Virus record (IMG/VR): IMGVR_UViG_3300032116_000166
Location: 1,383 to 65,382 of that record
Reading direction: 5' to 3' (one strand)
DNA length: 64,000 bases
Source of the DNA: a virus
Taxonomy: Duplodnaviria; Caudoviricetes
Shown: positions 54,916-64,000 of the stretch, piece by piece
Numbering within the stretch: the stretch's first letter is position 1
How the letters are laid out: each line of letters begins with the position of its first letter
Made by a program: the position numbers and the translations under genes
The notes under the pieces: model-generated
The model's input: the letters and a program-made list of their open reading frames with translations, nothing else
What the model was told of the DNA's origin: nothing
Databases searched by the model: none

Positions 54916-55160
54916 TGGCTCTCCAAAAATTGTTTTAACTGTGGCAGTCCACCAACATAATACTCACCTACAAAAATTTGAGGAACGCTGCGAGCATCTG
55001 GTACTAATTCTAGCAAATCTTTTTTAGTCCAAGTACTGCCATCACCAATCTTTCGAACTTCTACGTTATAACCTTTTCGCGTCAGTAGTGAGACAGCACT
55101 ATTGCAGGCTACACAGTTTTCTTGGCTAAATACGATGGCGTTAGTTGAGTTTGTGTTCAT
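54912..55160 (-). CDS. Glutaredoxin
   Basis: CVAC active site, RSVPQIF...YVGG. Confidence 0.9.
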   Translation of the reverse strand: MNTNSTNAIVFSQENCVACNSAVSLLTRKGYNVEVRKIGDGSTWTKKDLLELVPDARSVPQIFVGEYYVGGLPQLKQFLESQ

Positions 55161-56106
55161 TATCTCTTAATTCCTTTAGTGCTTTTTCTATTGCGTCTTC
55201 ATTTAGATTTAATACATAACGCAAGTACTCGCTCACTTCTTCACTCAGTGACAATTCTGGGGTCAAGATAAGTGCTGTGTCTGTTTCTCGTTTGACAATC
55301 TTTTTGTCAATCAATTCATTATCTTCTACACCACTCAGTTCACTCATGTCACCTTCGACCTCATACACTGTGTGATGATAGTCTGTGGCAATCATCGGCT
55401 CGCCGGCTTTGACTGTTTTACGGATAAGTTGGGGAACTTGTAGTTTTACCCAAGTATGCTCCAGAGTATCAGTATCCACAACAATAACGCCGGTATCGAC
55501 AAGATTACGATGAAAACTAGTGGTAACGGGACTACCAGGATAAAGAATATTACGCTGGCAATTGTCGTAACTGTGAAGGTCACCGGCCAGAACCAAACTC
55601 CAGCGGTCAAACAATTCCAGAGGTACTTCGGGTTTAACATGTGGCGGTATCTCTCCTCTTACATGAGTGCAAAGTATTCTGTTGTGAAGGCTATAAAAAG
55701 TATTGTCAGGATCTTTTTCCCATTCCTTCAACCTGTTATAAGGAATAATATCAATACCTGGCAGTTTGTGCCAATAATCATCTACTATTGATACCTGACT
55801 ATTGATCCTAGTTGTGGCACTTTTTAGATTTGTCAAAAAAGTAGTATTCTTCTTGACTGCCTCGTGGTTGCCACTGTAGATATAGGTAGGAATTTTGCAA
55901 CTGGCTACAAAATCAAAGTAGATTTCGAGCTCTTCCATATTGGGTAGCTTGTCGAACAAGTCTCCACCAACAATCATAACGTCACAACGCTCTTGGATCT
56001 CCCACAACTGATCCATCAAGATCTCATATCGATTTTTAGCCCAATCGACAGGAACATTCTTCTGACCTAGTTTTATATGTATGTCAGCAGTAAATAATAA
56101 TTTCAT
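55141..56106 (-). CDS. D12: SbcD/Mre11-like metallophosphoesterase nuclease (T5 D12-like)
   Basis: AD.H, GGDLFD, GNHE, THVRGEIPPHV, GDLH, YPGSP. Confidence 0.93.
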   Translation of the reverse strand: MKLLFTADIHIKLGQKNVPVDWAKNRYEILMDQLWEIQERCDVMIVGGDLFDKLPNMEELEIYFDFVASCKIPTYIYSGNHEAVKKNTTFLTNLKSATTRINSQVSIVDDYWHKLPGIDIIPYNRLKEWEKDPDNTFYSLHNRILCTHVRGEIPPHVKPEVPLELFDRWSLVLAGDLHSYDNCQRNILYPGSPVTTSFHRNLVDTGVIVVDTDTLEHTWVKLQVPQLIRKTVKAGEPMIATDYHHTVYEVEGDMSELSGVEDNELIDKKIVKRETDTALILTPELSLSEEVSEYLRYVLNLNEDAIEKALKELRDNEHKLN

Positions 56107-56120
56107 AGTTCCTCAGTGAG

Positions 56121-56158
56121 AAAAGCCCCTAAGAGTTCGCGATCTTAGGGGCTTTTTA
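56121..56158 (-). terminator. Intrinsic terminator downstream of D11
   Basis: AAAAGCCCCTAAGA-gttcgcga-TCTTAGGGGCTTTT. Confidence 0.8.
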
Positions 56159-56791
56159 TTAACCTAGTTCTTTGATAGATTCGGGATCTACACTCTCGTC
56201 TTCAGCAGCACCGGCTACTAGCTTTTCTAGTGCAGCCTTTACTTCATCTGGAGTAGGACGAGGAAACTTTGAATCAATGTCTTCTGCCCCATCTGCCAAG
56301 GCCCTCTCATCTGAAGACAGTGCACGACGCTTGCACTTCAGTACGGACAGATTGTACTCTACATTGAAGGGCAGAGGACCAGTCTTGGTACGCTTGAACA
56401 CAACATCCCAACCCTCATCGTAGTCCGTTGGATCACCTAGGTCTTCAGCCGCACTAAGAATCTGCTCAAATAGCTTCTTCTTCAAGTTGAGAGCCTTGAC
56501 CTTACCGTCCTTGGGGTCGATACAGTTGATTGAGTATGCCCAGCTGCACTTCTTATCAGAGAAGTAAGCTGGAACATGGTCCATCTCGGTGTTTGTGAAC
56601 TTCTCTTTTTCACGGTCAAAAGCTAGGCACTCGATAGGAATGTCCTTGTTGTTGGTGCCCTTTAGCCAGTACACATATCGTGGTAGGACCCCACCGATTA
56701 GACGGACACTATTCTCGCCGTCTTTGTACTCATAAGCCTCAACTGACTTCTTAACTGCCTTGCCTTTGGTTTCGCCAAACTTTAGAGCCAT
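56159..56791 (-). CDS. D11: Single-stranded DNA-binding protein (T5 D11-like)
   Basis: VRL.GGVLPRYVYW...P.ECL.F.R..E.F; LKK..FEQI; GDPTD...GWD..F.R.KTGP..NVEY; acidic C-terminus. Confidence 0.85.
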   Translation of the reverse strand: MALKFGETKGKAVKKSVEAYEYKDGENSVRLIGGVLPRYVYWLKGTNNKDIPIECLAFDREKEKFTNTEMDHVPAYFSDKKCSWAYSINCIDPKDGKVKALNLKKKLFEQILSAAEDLGDPTDYDEGWDVVFKRTKTGPLPFNVEYNLSVLKCKRRALSSDERALADGAEDIDSKFPRPTPDEVKAALEKLVAGAAEDESVDPESIKELG

Positions 56792-57176
56792 TGTAAATTT
56801 CCTCGTATTTAAATTTGATTAGATTGGTTTCAATAATTAATAATGGATTTCTTTTCAATTTCTCCGTTAGAAGATCTGGAAAGAATGATCTGTCTAGTGT
56901 TATTACGCCGTGGGTTTTATAGAGGAACCAGTCACGCCTTCCTGCCAGTCTTATGTATTGCGTTCTGTAACCAGGGTCTATGTTTTCTAGGTTCAATACA
57001 GGATCAGGATTCAGTATGTAACTGGTACCTTTAAGCGATGATTTACTAGGTTTATATTTAGATGTAGATCTAGAGGGGATGCTGCCACGGTGATGATAGG
57101 TAAGCAGTGCTAGGAATTTATCGGGGTCACCCGCAGCTTCCCTCTCTAAAATCTCCAAATTAAAAAATAAAGCCAT
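56751..57176 (-). CDS. Conserved T5-like hypothetical protein (between D10 and D11)
   Basis: ATG at 57176; LFF...L.G.S.ILN...Y..LA.RR....Y...LD...NPLL......I.F.YE; syntenic position. Confidence 0.65.
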   Translation of the reverse strand: MALFFNLEILEREAAGDPDKFLALLTYHHRGSIPSRSTSKYKPSKSSLKGTSYILNPDPVLNLENIDPGYRTQYIRLAGRRDWFLYKTHGVITLDRSFFPDLLTEKLKRNPLLIIETNLIKFKYEEIYNGSKVWRNQRQGS

Positions 57177-57196
57177 TATTTGCCTTAAGAACAACT

Positions 57197-57225
57197 ATTA
57201 TAGCATTTGTGATTTGTCTACGCAA
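57197..57225 (-). promoter_or_regulatory. sigma70 promoter for the D11 operon
   Basis: Minus strand TTGCGT-17 bp-TATAAT-AGT, TGn extension, AT-rich upstream. Confidence 0.75.
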
Positions 57226-57243
57226 GTCAAAATTTATTTTGCC

Positions 57244-58554
57244 TTACAGTTTCTCTACTGTCCAGCCCTTGTCCATATAGAAACCCAGTCTGAGTGCTGC
57301 CTGACGGCGTTCTGGTCCACTGGCAAATGCTATATCTAATACCACTGGATCGGGTTTATCTGGGTGTAGTCTCATGATTCGTCCAATTATCTGTTCTAAG
57401 CTAATTGGATTTGAGGTTGGCACTGCCAGGATAACGCATGATAGTCTGTTGACAGAGATTCCTTCGGAAAAGATCTGTCTGGATCCAGCAACGCACACCT
57501 TTTTGCCACTTTCAAGCTCTTCGATGATGTCCTTGCGTTGTTCGTATGTTGTGGACCCTGTAACAAGCGCGCAATTTTCTCCAACTTTGTCCTTTACTTT
57601 CTCTAAAAACTCGGTTCGGTCTGCTACTACCAACACACTGTGCCCATGACTGATCTGTATCTTAGCCATGGACGCAATAAAGTTTTGATAGTCTTCGTCG
57701 TATAACAGATGATTGATCTTTTCTACCCAAGTGCCATCATTTTTTAGGTGCATTCCTGTGTTGACAATCTTTACCACTGGGTTCAGTGTATGAGCCTGTG
57801 GTGGTCTGTACACCTTGTCGCCAAAGTAATCACGAAACACTATGTGTTTGCCATCAGTACGCTCCATTGTACCGCTCAACGCAATACGGTAGCGGCTGTA
57901 CATTCCATCTATCAAGCTACTAAACGTATCAGCAGGTACATGGTGTGCTTCGTCTAGGATGATTGTACCAAATTCTTTGCTTAAAGTGGCCATGTGTTTG
58001 GTAACAGTTTGAATGTTACCGATTACCACAAAGTGGTCTTCAATATCAAACTCACCACTACCAATCACACCAGGTGTCAAACCATATAGACTTTCCACTT
58101 CGCCCACCCACTGGTCTCGCAGGAAAGTGTTGTGTGTGATTACCAAGGTCTTTTGACCCAGCTTGCGGGCCAGGTGCAGGGCTGTAAAAGTCTTACCCCA
58201 GCCTACTAATGCGTTAATGAAGCAGGTGTCTTGGATCTGGTCGTATACTGGCTGTTGACTGTCTCGAAGTGGAAACCGCGGATTGGGAAACGGAACTTCG
58301 TGAGTTATACGCTTGTCTACTACCTCATACCCTTCTGGAACTAGGTCCCAACGACCCTGCGGCACACTAACAATGTCTTTGGGTAATACCTTGTAGTTCT
58401 TGATAGTCTCAATCTTTTTAGTCTTCCCCTTCTTACCACTCTTCATTTCGATACGATAGGTCAAGGCCTCCATTATCTCTTTTAAGTGGGCTTGATCTCG
58501 GGGCTTGAAATATATTCGATTACTTACTATTGCTTTGGGTTTTTCGGCTGTCAT
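57244..58554 (-). CDS. D10: SF2 DNA helicase (T5 D10 / UvsW-like)
   Basis: LR..Q, GWGKT, DEAHH, LSGT.ERTDG, EGIS, QIIGRIMR. Confidence 0.92.
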   Translation of the reverse strand: MTAEKPKAIVSNRIYFKPRDQAHLKEIMEALTYRIEMKSGKKGKTKKIETIKNYKVLPKDIVSVPQGRWDLVPEGYEVVDKRITHEVPFPNPRFPLRDSQQPVYDQIQDTCFINALVGWGKTFTALHLARKLGQKTLVITHNTFLRDQWVGEVESLYGLTPGVIGSGEFDIEDHFVVIGNIQTVTKHMATLSKEFGTIILDEAHHVPADTFSSLIDGMYSRYRIALSGTMERTDGKHIVFRDYFGDKVYRPPQAHTLNPVVKIVNTGMHLKNDGTWVEKINHLLYDEDYQNFIASMAKIQISHGHSVLVVADRTEFLEKVKDKVGENCALVTGSTTYEQRKDIIEELESGKKVCVAGSRQIFSEGISVNRLSCVILAVPTSNPISLEQIIGRIMRLHPDKPDPVVLDIAFASGPERRQAALRLGFYMDKGWTVEKL

Positions 58555-59087
58555 ATCATTCTTACCGTGTCTTCTAGCTTATCTTCATACAGTCCGTATA
58601 ACAGATAGCCCGTACCCACCAGCAACAATCCAGCATACTTTGTGTTCTGGTTTGGCGCGTGCAAAACTTTAAATCTGGTTCCAATGCCCTGAACTTCCAC
58701 AATCGCACCGCCCGTCTTGATCGGTAAGACCTGACTGATGGGTTTAAATACTAACGGGACTCGTTTAGTCTTGCGATACTCAAACACTGTGCCTTCGCTG
58801 TCGATAAACCAAGTACCACCTTTGCTCAACTTGATCATGTCACCCAAGAAAAATACGGCGTGCTTGAGTTTTGCGAGTGCCACCCCATTGTTCTTCAACT
58901 GCAGCCGCCTCATGGCTAGAGAGCCACCATTTACGGAAGTGTCGTCAAGTACTACAATTTTAGGGTCAATCTCACCGTCTTTGTGGTGTACTTCGTAGTG
59001 ATAGTACCAACGAGTACCTTCCTTAGTAGGCTTGTCTTGACCCAAGTGGTAGATTGGAAACTGTATTCGATTAAGCATTTTTAACAA
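58551..59087 (-). CDS. Conserved T5-like hypothetical protein (between polymerase and D10)
   Basis: FP.Y...LDD....G..L..RRL...FIDS.G..F.Y.K...L.Y; syntenic position. Confidence 0.65.
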   Translation of the reverse strand: MLKMLNRIQFPIYHLGQDKPTKEGTRWYYHYEVHHKDGEIDPKIVVLDDTSVNGGSLAMRRLQLKNNGVALAKLKHAVFFLGDMIKLSKGGTWFIDSEGTVFEYRKTKRVPLVFKPISQVLPIKTGGAIVEVQGIGTRFKVLHAPNQNTKYAGLLLVGTGYLLYGLYEDKLEDTVRMI

Positions 59088-61362
59088 GAATTCCGTTTTC
59101 TAGGCTGTAGTAGTCATCAAATTTGTCAAAGCTGTAGTCTTGGCCAATGTCTTGGTCAACTCCAATAGGGCTGCCTGGAATACCACAACCACGGTCTTTT
59201 TGAGTCATTGTCTTTAGGATCTCGCAGTAGTTTTCAACCTCGCTGTCAGGCACCAATCCCACAATTGAGTCATGTACTAACATAAAGATTTTACTCTTCA
59301 TCTTTAGACGTTTCAACTCATCGTGAGTGTCCATCGCCCCCAATAGATTTACGTCTGAGGCTAGGCTTTGTACTTCCGCGTTAATTCCCGAACGTACTTC
59401 ATGCGCTGCAATTCCTTTGTCCGCTGAGAATACGTTTGGTAGACGCCTTTTACGGCCAAAGAAACTATAGGTATACCCATTAGTCTCAATGAATGTCTTT
59501 CGCTGATCCAGCCAATTCTTGAGCTTCTTAAACCTAGTAAAGTATTGCTCAATGTCGTCTTTTGCTTGACTAATAGGGTAGGATTCCCCAGTAGCTTTCG
59601 TAACCGACTGGCTAACCTTTGCTGGGCCCGAACCGTATAATATTCCGAAACTGATTGCTTTTGCACTCTGTCTAAGCGAGCCATATTGTTTCTTAACATC
59701 TTCTACTCCGCACGGTAAGTTGAATACCATTTTAGCAATACTACTGTGAAAGTCTCCACCACTGGAGAACACACTTTGTAGGTTCTTGTCACCACTCAAC
59801 ACAGCAGCATAATACATCTCTGCTGTTGTCAAATCCTGACTTACAATCTTGTAACCGTCGGGGGCTCGTATGCATCCCTTAATGATTGGATCATCTCGCG
59901 GAATTTGCTGAGCATTAAACTTACCACTGCTAGATAAACGGCCACTAGTGGTAAAGATAAGATTAAAATTGGTACGAATTCGGCTATCACGATCTAACTC
60001 CGGTAAAATTTTTGCAACATAGCTGGATTGAATCTTGGCCAATTGACGTACAGTGAGGATCTGGGCAGGGAGTGGATGTTCTTCACTAAGTTCCTCAAGT
60101 ACTTCGGCATCGGTTGATAGTGCTCCAGTTTTTGTGAGCTTCCCTGTTGGTGTAAGTCCCACATAGTCAAACAAAACTGTTCGAAGCTGCTGCACTGATC
60201 CTGGATTGAAGATTTTTCCACTATCCTTTTCAAACGCTTTAACTTCCTCAAAACTATAAACCTTTTCCTTAGCTTCTAGAATCCACTTGTCAAGATAAGT
60301 ACCAGCCGCTTCCATGCGCTCACGACTGATGGGGATGCCTACTTCTTCCATGTCCATTAGGAATAGTGTTCCACGGATAAGTAGATTTTGATATACCCAC
60401 AGCAACTTAGGATTCTTTTGAACTAACGGCCAGAACTTTTCGTACAGTTCTAGGGTCACAGCAGTGTCGATGCTCGCATACTTAGAGATCACATCAAACG
60501 GGATGAGATCATAAGTAAAGTCCTCTTCTAGCAATCCCTGCTGTTTACAGTAAGATTTCTTGAAGTCGTCTAGTTCACTGTCATAATCGCCATAGTCGGT
60601 GTACTTTAGGGCTAGTTGTTTCAAGCCATGGCTGTCAGTTTCGTCGAGTACATAGTGCATAACCATTGTGTCATGTACCTTAGCCCGATTAAAGTCAATT
60701 CCTAGATGATAGTTAATCATCTTGTAGTCAAACTTCATGTTGTGAAACACGATATCGTACTTGTCGATGATTTTATTGATCAATTCTAGGTGACGGTCAT
60801 CCAATACATCCGTCAAGATGTATCGGCCTTGCTTTTTCTTGTAACTCAAGCTAAGACCCAGTACATGGCCATCTCGTGGGTACAGAGCCGTTGTTTCCGT
60901 ATCTACTGCTACTACATCGACTGCATTGTCGAGTACTTCTTGTAGGTAGGCCAAGGCTTCTTCAGAGTCATTGACTCCCTTAAAATCGCCGGTCTGGCTA
61001 CTGTTTTTAGTATTGCCAGCTACATACTGCTTTATCTTGTCTACAGCACGCTCAAAGTCTGGTTTACCTTCAGGCTTGAATACCAACATAGCAGGATTAC
61101 TAATGCACACCCACTTATCGTCAATTAACAGACCAGCATAGTTGGTAACACTGCTGACCTTGGCATACTCTTTCGCTGCTTCAGCGCCTACCAAGATTAC
61201 CAAGTCAAAAGGCTCTAGTAGTGTGCGGTCCAGATCTACATCCTTCTTCAACAACTTTTGAATAGGAACTGAACTCATGTGGAATGTCTCAAACTCAAAG
61301 TCAAAGTACTTTGAGTAGTCATTTCTGCTAGGTGCTTTATCAACTATTGCGATCTTTTTCAC
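59071..61362 (-). CDS. pol: DNA polymerase, family A (T5-like) with 3'-5' exonuclease
   Basis: ExoI DTET, ExoII HNMKFD, ExoIII YASID; TSGRLSS; motif A DLTTAE; motif B RQSAKAISFGILYG; motif C VHDS. Confidence 0.97.
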   Translation of the reverse strand: MKKIAIVDKAPSRNDYSKYFDFEFETFHMSSVPIQKLLKKDVDLDRTLLEPFDLVILVGAEAAKEYAKVSSVTNYAGLLIDDKWVCISNPAMLVFKPEGKPDFERAVDKIKQYVAGNTKNSSQTGDFKGVNDSEEALAYLQEVLDNAVDVVAVDTETTALYPRDGHVLGLSLSYKKKQGRYILTDVLDDRHLELINKIIDKYDIVFHNMKFDYKMINYHLGIDFNRAKVHDTMVMHYVLDETDSHGLKQLALKYTDYGDYDSELDDFKKSYCKQQGLLEEDFTYDLIPFDVISKYASIDTAVTLELYEKFWPLVQKNPKLLWVYQNLLIRGTLFLMDMEEVGIPISRERMEAAGTYLDKWILEAKEKVYSFEEVKAFEKDSGKIFNPGSVQQLRTVLFDYVGLTPTGKLTKTGALSTDAEVLEELSEEHPLPAQILTVRQLAKIQSSYVAKILPELDRDSRIRTNFNLIFTTSGRLSSSGKFNAQQIPRDDPIIKGCIRAPDGYKIVSQDLTTAEMYYAAVLSGDKNLQSVFSSGGDFHSSIAKMVFNLPCGVEDVKKQYGSLRQSAKAISFGILYGSGPAKVSQSVTKATGESYPISQAKDDIEQYFTRFKKLKNWLDQRKTFIETNGYTYSFFGRKRRLPNVFSADKGIAAHEVRSGINAEVQSLASDVNLLGAMDTHDELKRLKMKSKIFMLVHDSIVGLVPDSEVENYCEILKTMTQKDRGCGIPGSPIGVDQDIGQDYSFDKFDDYYSLENGILVKNA

Positions 61363-62209
61363 TTATGTATTCCTTTATGCTATCTACGTATTCTTGCGAC
61401 AGTTCACCAGGATCTGAGTCTTCTTCTAACACGATCTTTTCTGTTAGATAACCACATTCCTGCAATACAGGCTCCAATTTATTCATTGCATCTTGGCCCG
61501 CCTGGTCACCGTCATACATTAGATATATTTTTAATATGCCCTGAGTTTTCAAACTCAATAGCTTTAGGTCTGGTTCTTTGAATAGTGTGTTAGTTCCAAA
61601 AGTGCAACATACGTTTTGTAGTCCCTTGTCGTAGAGGTTTAACATATCAAATATGCCTTCTACTAACACTGCACTTGTGTATTTATCCTGAAAAACCTCT
61701 GGATAGATTGGCATCGTTACTCCACGAGGATAGTTTAAGTATCGTGGATTACCGTCGCTCATCATGTGGCGGCCAACATAGACCATATTCTTGCCACGAA
61801 TGTCACGAATAGGAAACCAAATTCGGTCACTCAGTTCACTGCCGCTGTTGACATAAAATGACCCAAACTCTTTTAGAGTTTTAGTACTGATACCGCGAAA
61901 CGGTTTAGTAACTGGAATAAATTGTTCCGGAAACTCAACACCGTTAAAGTTGATAGCAAGGTCTTTCAATTTCTCTTTTAGTTTTGCCACTTTGATGCTA
62001 GTAAAGTTTCCTACTACCCCAAAGTGCTTGAATATGTTTGTTTTAAACCCACAGCTAAAGCAGTGACTAACTCCAGTGATGCGGTCAACGCGAAAGCTCG
62101 GATTGCCGTCGTCATGGTCTGGATTTAGACAGCGGATAAGATAGTCCCTGCCACTAACTGTGAAACTAATATTTTGTTTATTTAGTAGGTCGAGTACGTG
62201 GTCTGACAT
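61340..62209 (-). CDS. DNA primase (Zn-binding + TOPRIM)
   Basis: CLNPDH.D.NPS...CFSCG; VEGIFD; YDGD.AG; DPG; ATG at 62209 coupled to the helicase stop (TAATG). Confidence 0.92.
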   Translation of the reverse strand: MSDHVLDLLNKQNISFTVSGRDYLIRCLNPDHDDGNPSFRVDRITGVSHCFSCGFKTNIFKHFGVVGNFTSIKVAKLKEKLKDLAINFNGVEFPEQFIPVTKPFRGISTKTLKEFGSFYVNSGSELSDRIWFPIRDIRGKNMVYVGRHMMSDGNPRYLNYPRGVTMPIYPEVFQDKYTSAVLVEGIFDMLNLYDKGLQNVCCTFGTNTLFKEPDLKLLSLKTQGILKIYLMYDGDQAGQDAMNKLEPVLQECGYLTEKIVLEEDSDPGELSQEYVDSIKEYISEKDRNS

Positions 62210-63594
62210 TATATGTTCCAAGGAATATCACTGTCACTGTCATCTTGCTTCTCGGCTGTTTTCTTTTTACCGCTTCGCTTGATTGTTTCTTTCTTTTCAG
62301 GAGCCTCAATGTCATGAGGACTGATGCGAAGGCTGTCCCAGTTGATGGGCGACGTAAATGTCATCTCACGTCCGCCACGAATCTTTGTGGTAGAGAAGGT
62401 CAGTGCGCCTTTCTCTTTTTCATGTGCTTCCATTACTAAGGCAATGTCAGCAGCGTCAAGAATACCCTTAGCAAACCGTGCTTCACCTGTAGCATCAATC
62501 TGATACGGTGAAATCATAACAATATCATACTTTCGAGCCAACTCTTTCAGTTTCTTAGAAATCACAATCTGTGGCTGCCAATCAAACTGGCTAGCACCTT
62601 CGACTACAATTTGATTTAGGTAGTCTACTACTGCCACCGTAAACTTATCACCAAACTTGGCCTTCAATTTACCTAAGTGTAAGTCTAGGCTGGTCAGTGT
62701 TAGTGCGCGATCATCAATGATAATCATCTGATTGTCAGTCTTCAACCGCTTTTCGCGTACCAAGCTCTGCTCAAATTTGATCTTGTCGCGGTGTGTTTTG
62801 AAAGCCTCTACCAAGTCGTCACTGTTTTCAAACATGCCTGCTCTGGCTTTGACGACTCGAAGTAGCTCTTCTTCTGTTAATCTGTTCTGTTTTAGGTTCT
62901 GGTGGCTCACATTAGCCAAGATACTCAAGTTACGCTCAAGTACCTCATGTGCAATCATCTCAATACTGAATATAACACTTGTATTTCCAGACTCATACTG
63001 GCTGATAGCAATATTGCTACTGCAAATAGACTTGCCGCTACCTCTCTTGCCGCCAATGAGAATGAGCTCCTGCCTTGCAACACCAGCGAGGGTAGCATCA
63101 AAAGTATTATTAAATCCCAGATGGATACGATCACGAGCCAGTTCCTCTGCGTTCTTGAACAACATAATATCTGCCATGTTGTAGACGCCCTCTGTCGTCA
63201 GAGTCTTGTCATCTAGTGTCAACACCATTGCAGCCAGGTTTTCTTTGATCTCCTGACTGTCATAGACTGGCAGTTTGTCTATAAATTTATCTAGTAATTT
63301 GATTGTTTCGTTTTGTGTATATTGGTCTATTAGGGCATTTAAGGCTACTTCAGAACTAATGTCTGGGTTGTCGGCTAACTTGAGTGTCGCCAACGTCCTT
63401 AAAGCAGGACCTTCTCTTAAGGTGAGCTCTAGCTCGTCGAAAGATGGAATCGCACTATAGTTGTCGTAGTACTTCTTAACTGCGCTATATAGACTTGAAA
63501 AAGCTGGATCCAGAAAGACGAGCTTTAACCTGGACCAGATATCCAAGCTCCTTTCTGTCAACAACTTATTTAAGACAATAGCACTACAATCCAT
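62209..63594 (-). CDS. Replicative DnaB-like helicase (T5 D6-like)
   Basis: GGKRGSGKS Walker A, SIEM, VVDYLNQ, PYQIDA.GEARFAKGILD.AD. Confidence 0.9.
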   Translation of the reverse strand: MDCSAIVLNKLLTERSLDIWSRLKLVFLDPAFSSLYSAVKKYYDNYSAIPSFDELELTLREGPALRTLATLKLADNPDISSEVALNALIDQYTQNETIKLLDKFIDKLPVYDSQEIKENLAAMVLTLDDKTLTTEGVYNMADIMLFKNAEELARDRIHLGFNNTFDATLAGVARQELILIGGKRGSGKSICSSNIAISQYESGNTSVIFSIEMIAHEVLERNLSILANVSHQNLKQNRLTEEELLRVVKARAGMFENSDDLVEAFKTHRDKIKFEQSLVREKRLKTDNQMIIIDDRALTLTSLDLHLGKLKAKFGDKFTVAVVDYLNQIVVEGASQFDWQPQIVISKKLKELARKYDIVMISPYQIDATGEARFAKGILDAADIALVMEAHEKEKGALTFSTTKIRGGREMTFTSPINWDSLRISPHDIEAPEKKETIKRSGKKKTAEKQDDSDSDIPWNI

Positions 63595-63893
63595 CAGACT
63601 ACCTTAGATTCGTTATCTATAATTACTTGATCAATTATTTCTTCTATTTTGTAGATTACATCGCTGCGGAGCTTTTTAATATCTTGCTGATAACTACCGC
63701 CACTGTCATAGAACAGGCTGAGCTGCTCATGAGTTAACAACTGCTGTAGTCCAAAATAAATAAGATCGTACGCAATCGTGCTTTCTGGCATTACTTCTAC
63801 TTTGCAAGTTTTGCCATAATTATGTGCTGCTTGGCGCACAACCTCTTCAACAGTTAGACTTTCGTTATCATGGTATGTAATTGTTACTTTCAT
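63594..63893 (-). CDS. Hypothetical protein
   Basis: ATG at 63893 after GGAG; stop coupled to the helicase start. Confidence 0.7.
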   Translation of the reverse strand: MKVTITYHDNESLTVEEVVRQAAHNYGKTCKVEVMPESTIAYDLIYFGLQQLLTHEQLSLFYDSGGSYQQDIKKLRSDVIYKIEEIIDQVIIDNESKVV

Positions 63894-63906
63894 GATTCTC
63901 CAGTGC

Positions 63907-63940
63907 AAAAAGGGATAGAGGTTTTTAGTCTCTATCCCTT
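63907..63940 (-). terminator. Intrinsic terminator on the minus strand
   Basis: AAAAAGGGATAGAG-gtttttagt-CTCTATCCCTT; gives a T-tract on the minus strand. Confidence 0.7.
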
Positions 63941-63960
63941 GTGTCTAAAATCGACTTAGA

Positions 63961-64000
63961 TCAGGCAGTCGCCGCCTTGGCTTCAGCCTTGGCCTTCTTT
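63961..64000 (-). CDS. 3' end of a gene, probably D5-like DNA-binding protein (truncated by window edge)
   Basis: ...KKAKAEAKAATA*; Lys/Ala-rich tail and a position upstream of the helicase as in T5. Confidence 0.45.
   Translation of the reverse strand, partial: KKAKAEAKAATA

Noticed and set aside
49372-63594. Inteins, introns or homing endonucleases in nrdJ, polymerase or helicases
   Set aside because: All are continuous and of normal length, with no splice-junction or LAGLIDADG/HNH motifs seen.
1-64000. Stop-codon reassignment or tRNA genes
   Set aside because: Genes are intact in the standard code and end in TAA, TAG and TGA; intergenic gaps are short and show no cloverleaf.

Overview
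This is a 64-kb internal segment of a tailed dsDNA phage genome with T5-like organisation, made of two convergent arms that meet at a bidirectional terminator near 49.2 kb. The + arm (1-49177) is the late region. It starts with a 5'-truncated T5 p143-like tail completion protein, then a tail terminator, a pb6-like tail tube protein, a chaperone pair linked by a -1 frameshift and a very long tape measure protein (~2600 aa). Next come a tail-tip module unlike T5's and a large fibre/adhesin region (about 33 kb together, 12.1-45.2 kb), including two promoter-driven cassettes each led by a collar protein. The arm ends with a lysis/membrane cluster containing phoH. The - arm (49216-64000) is the T5-type replication module: the end of a D5-like gene, helicase, primase, family A polymerase, D10, D11, D12, glutaredoxin, D13, D14, D15, dUTPase and a class II (B12-dependent) ribonucleotide reductase. 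Five near-consensus sigma70 promoters and several intrinsic terminators are visible. I saw no tRNA, CRISPR array, integrase, intron, intein or reverse transcriptase. The most notable observations are a complete His-Me (DRGH) nuclease signature inside the enlarged tail completion protein, a Cys-repeat/LCCL-like fibre-tip adhesin, and an apparent C-terminal-peptide/N-terminal-domain docking code that would chain fibre segments together. All family assignments come from motif recognition by eye; no database search was run.
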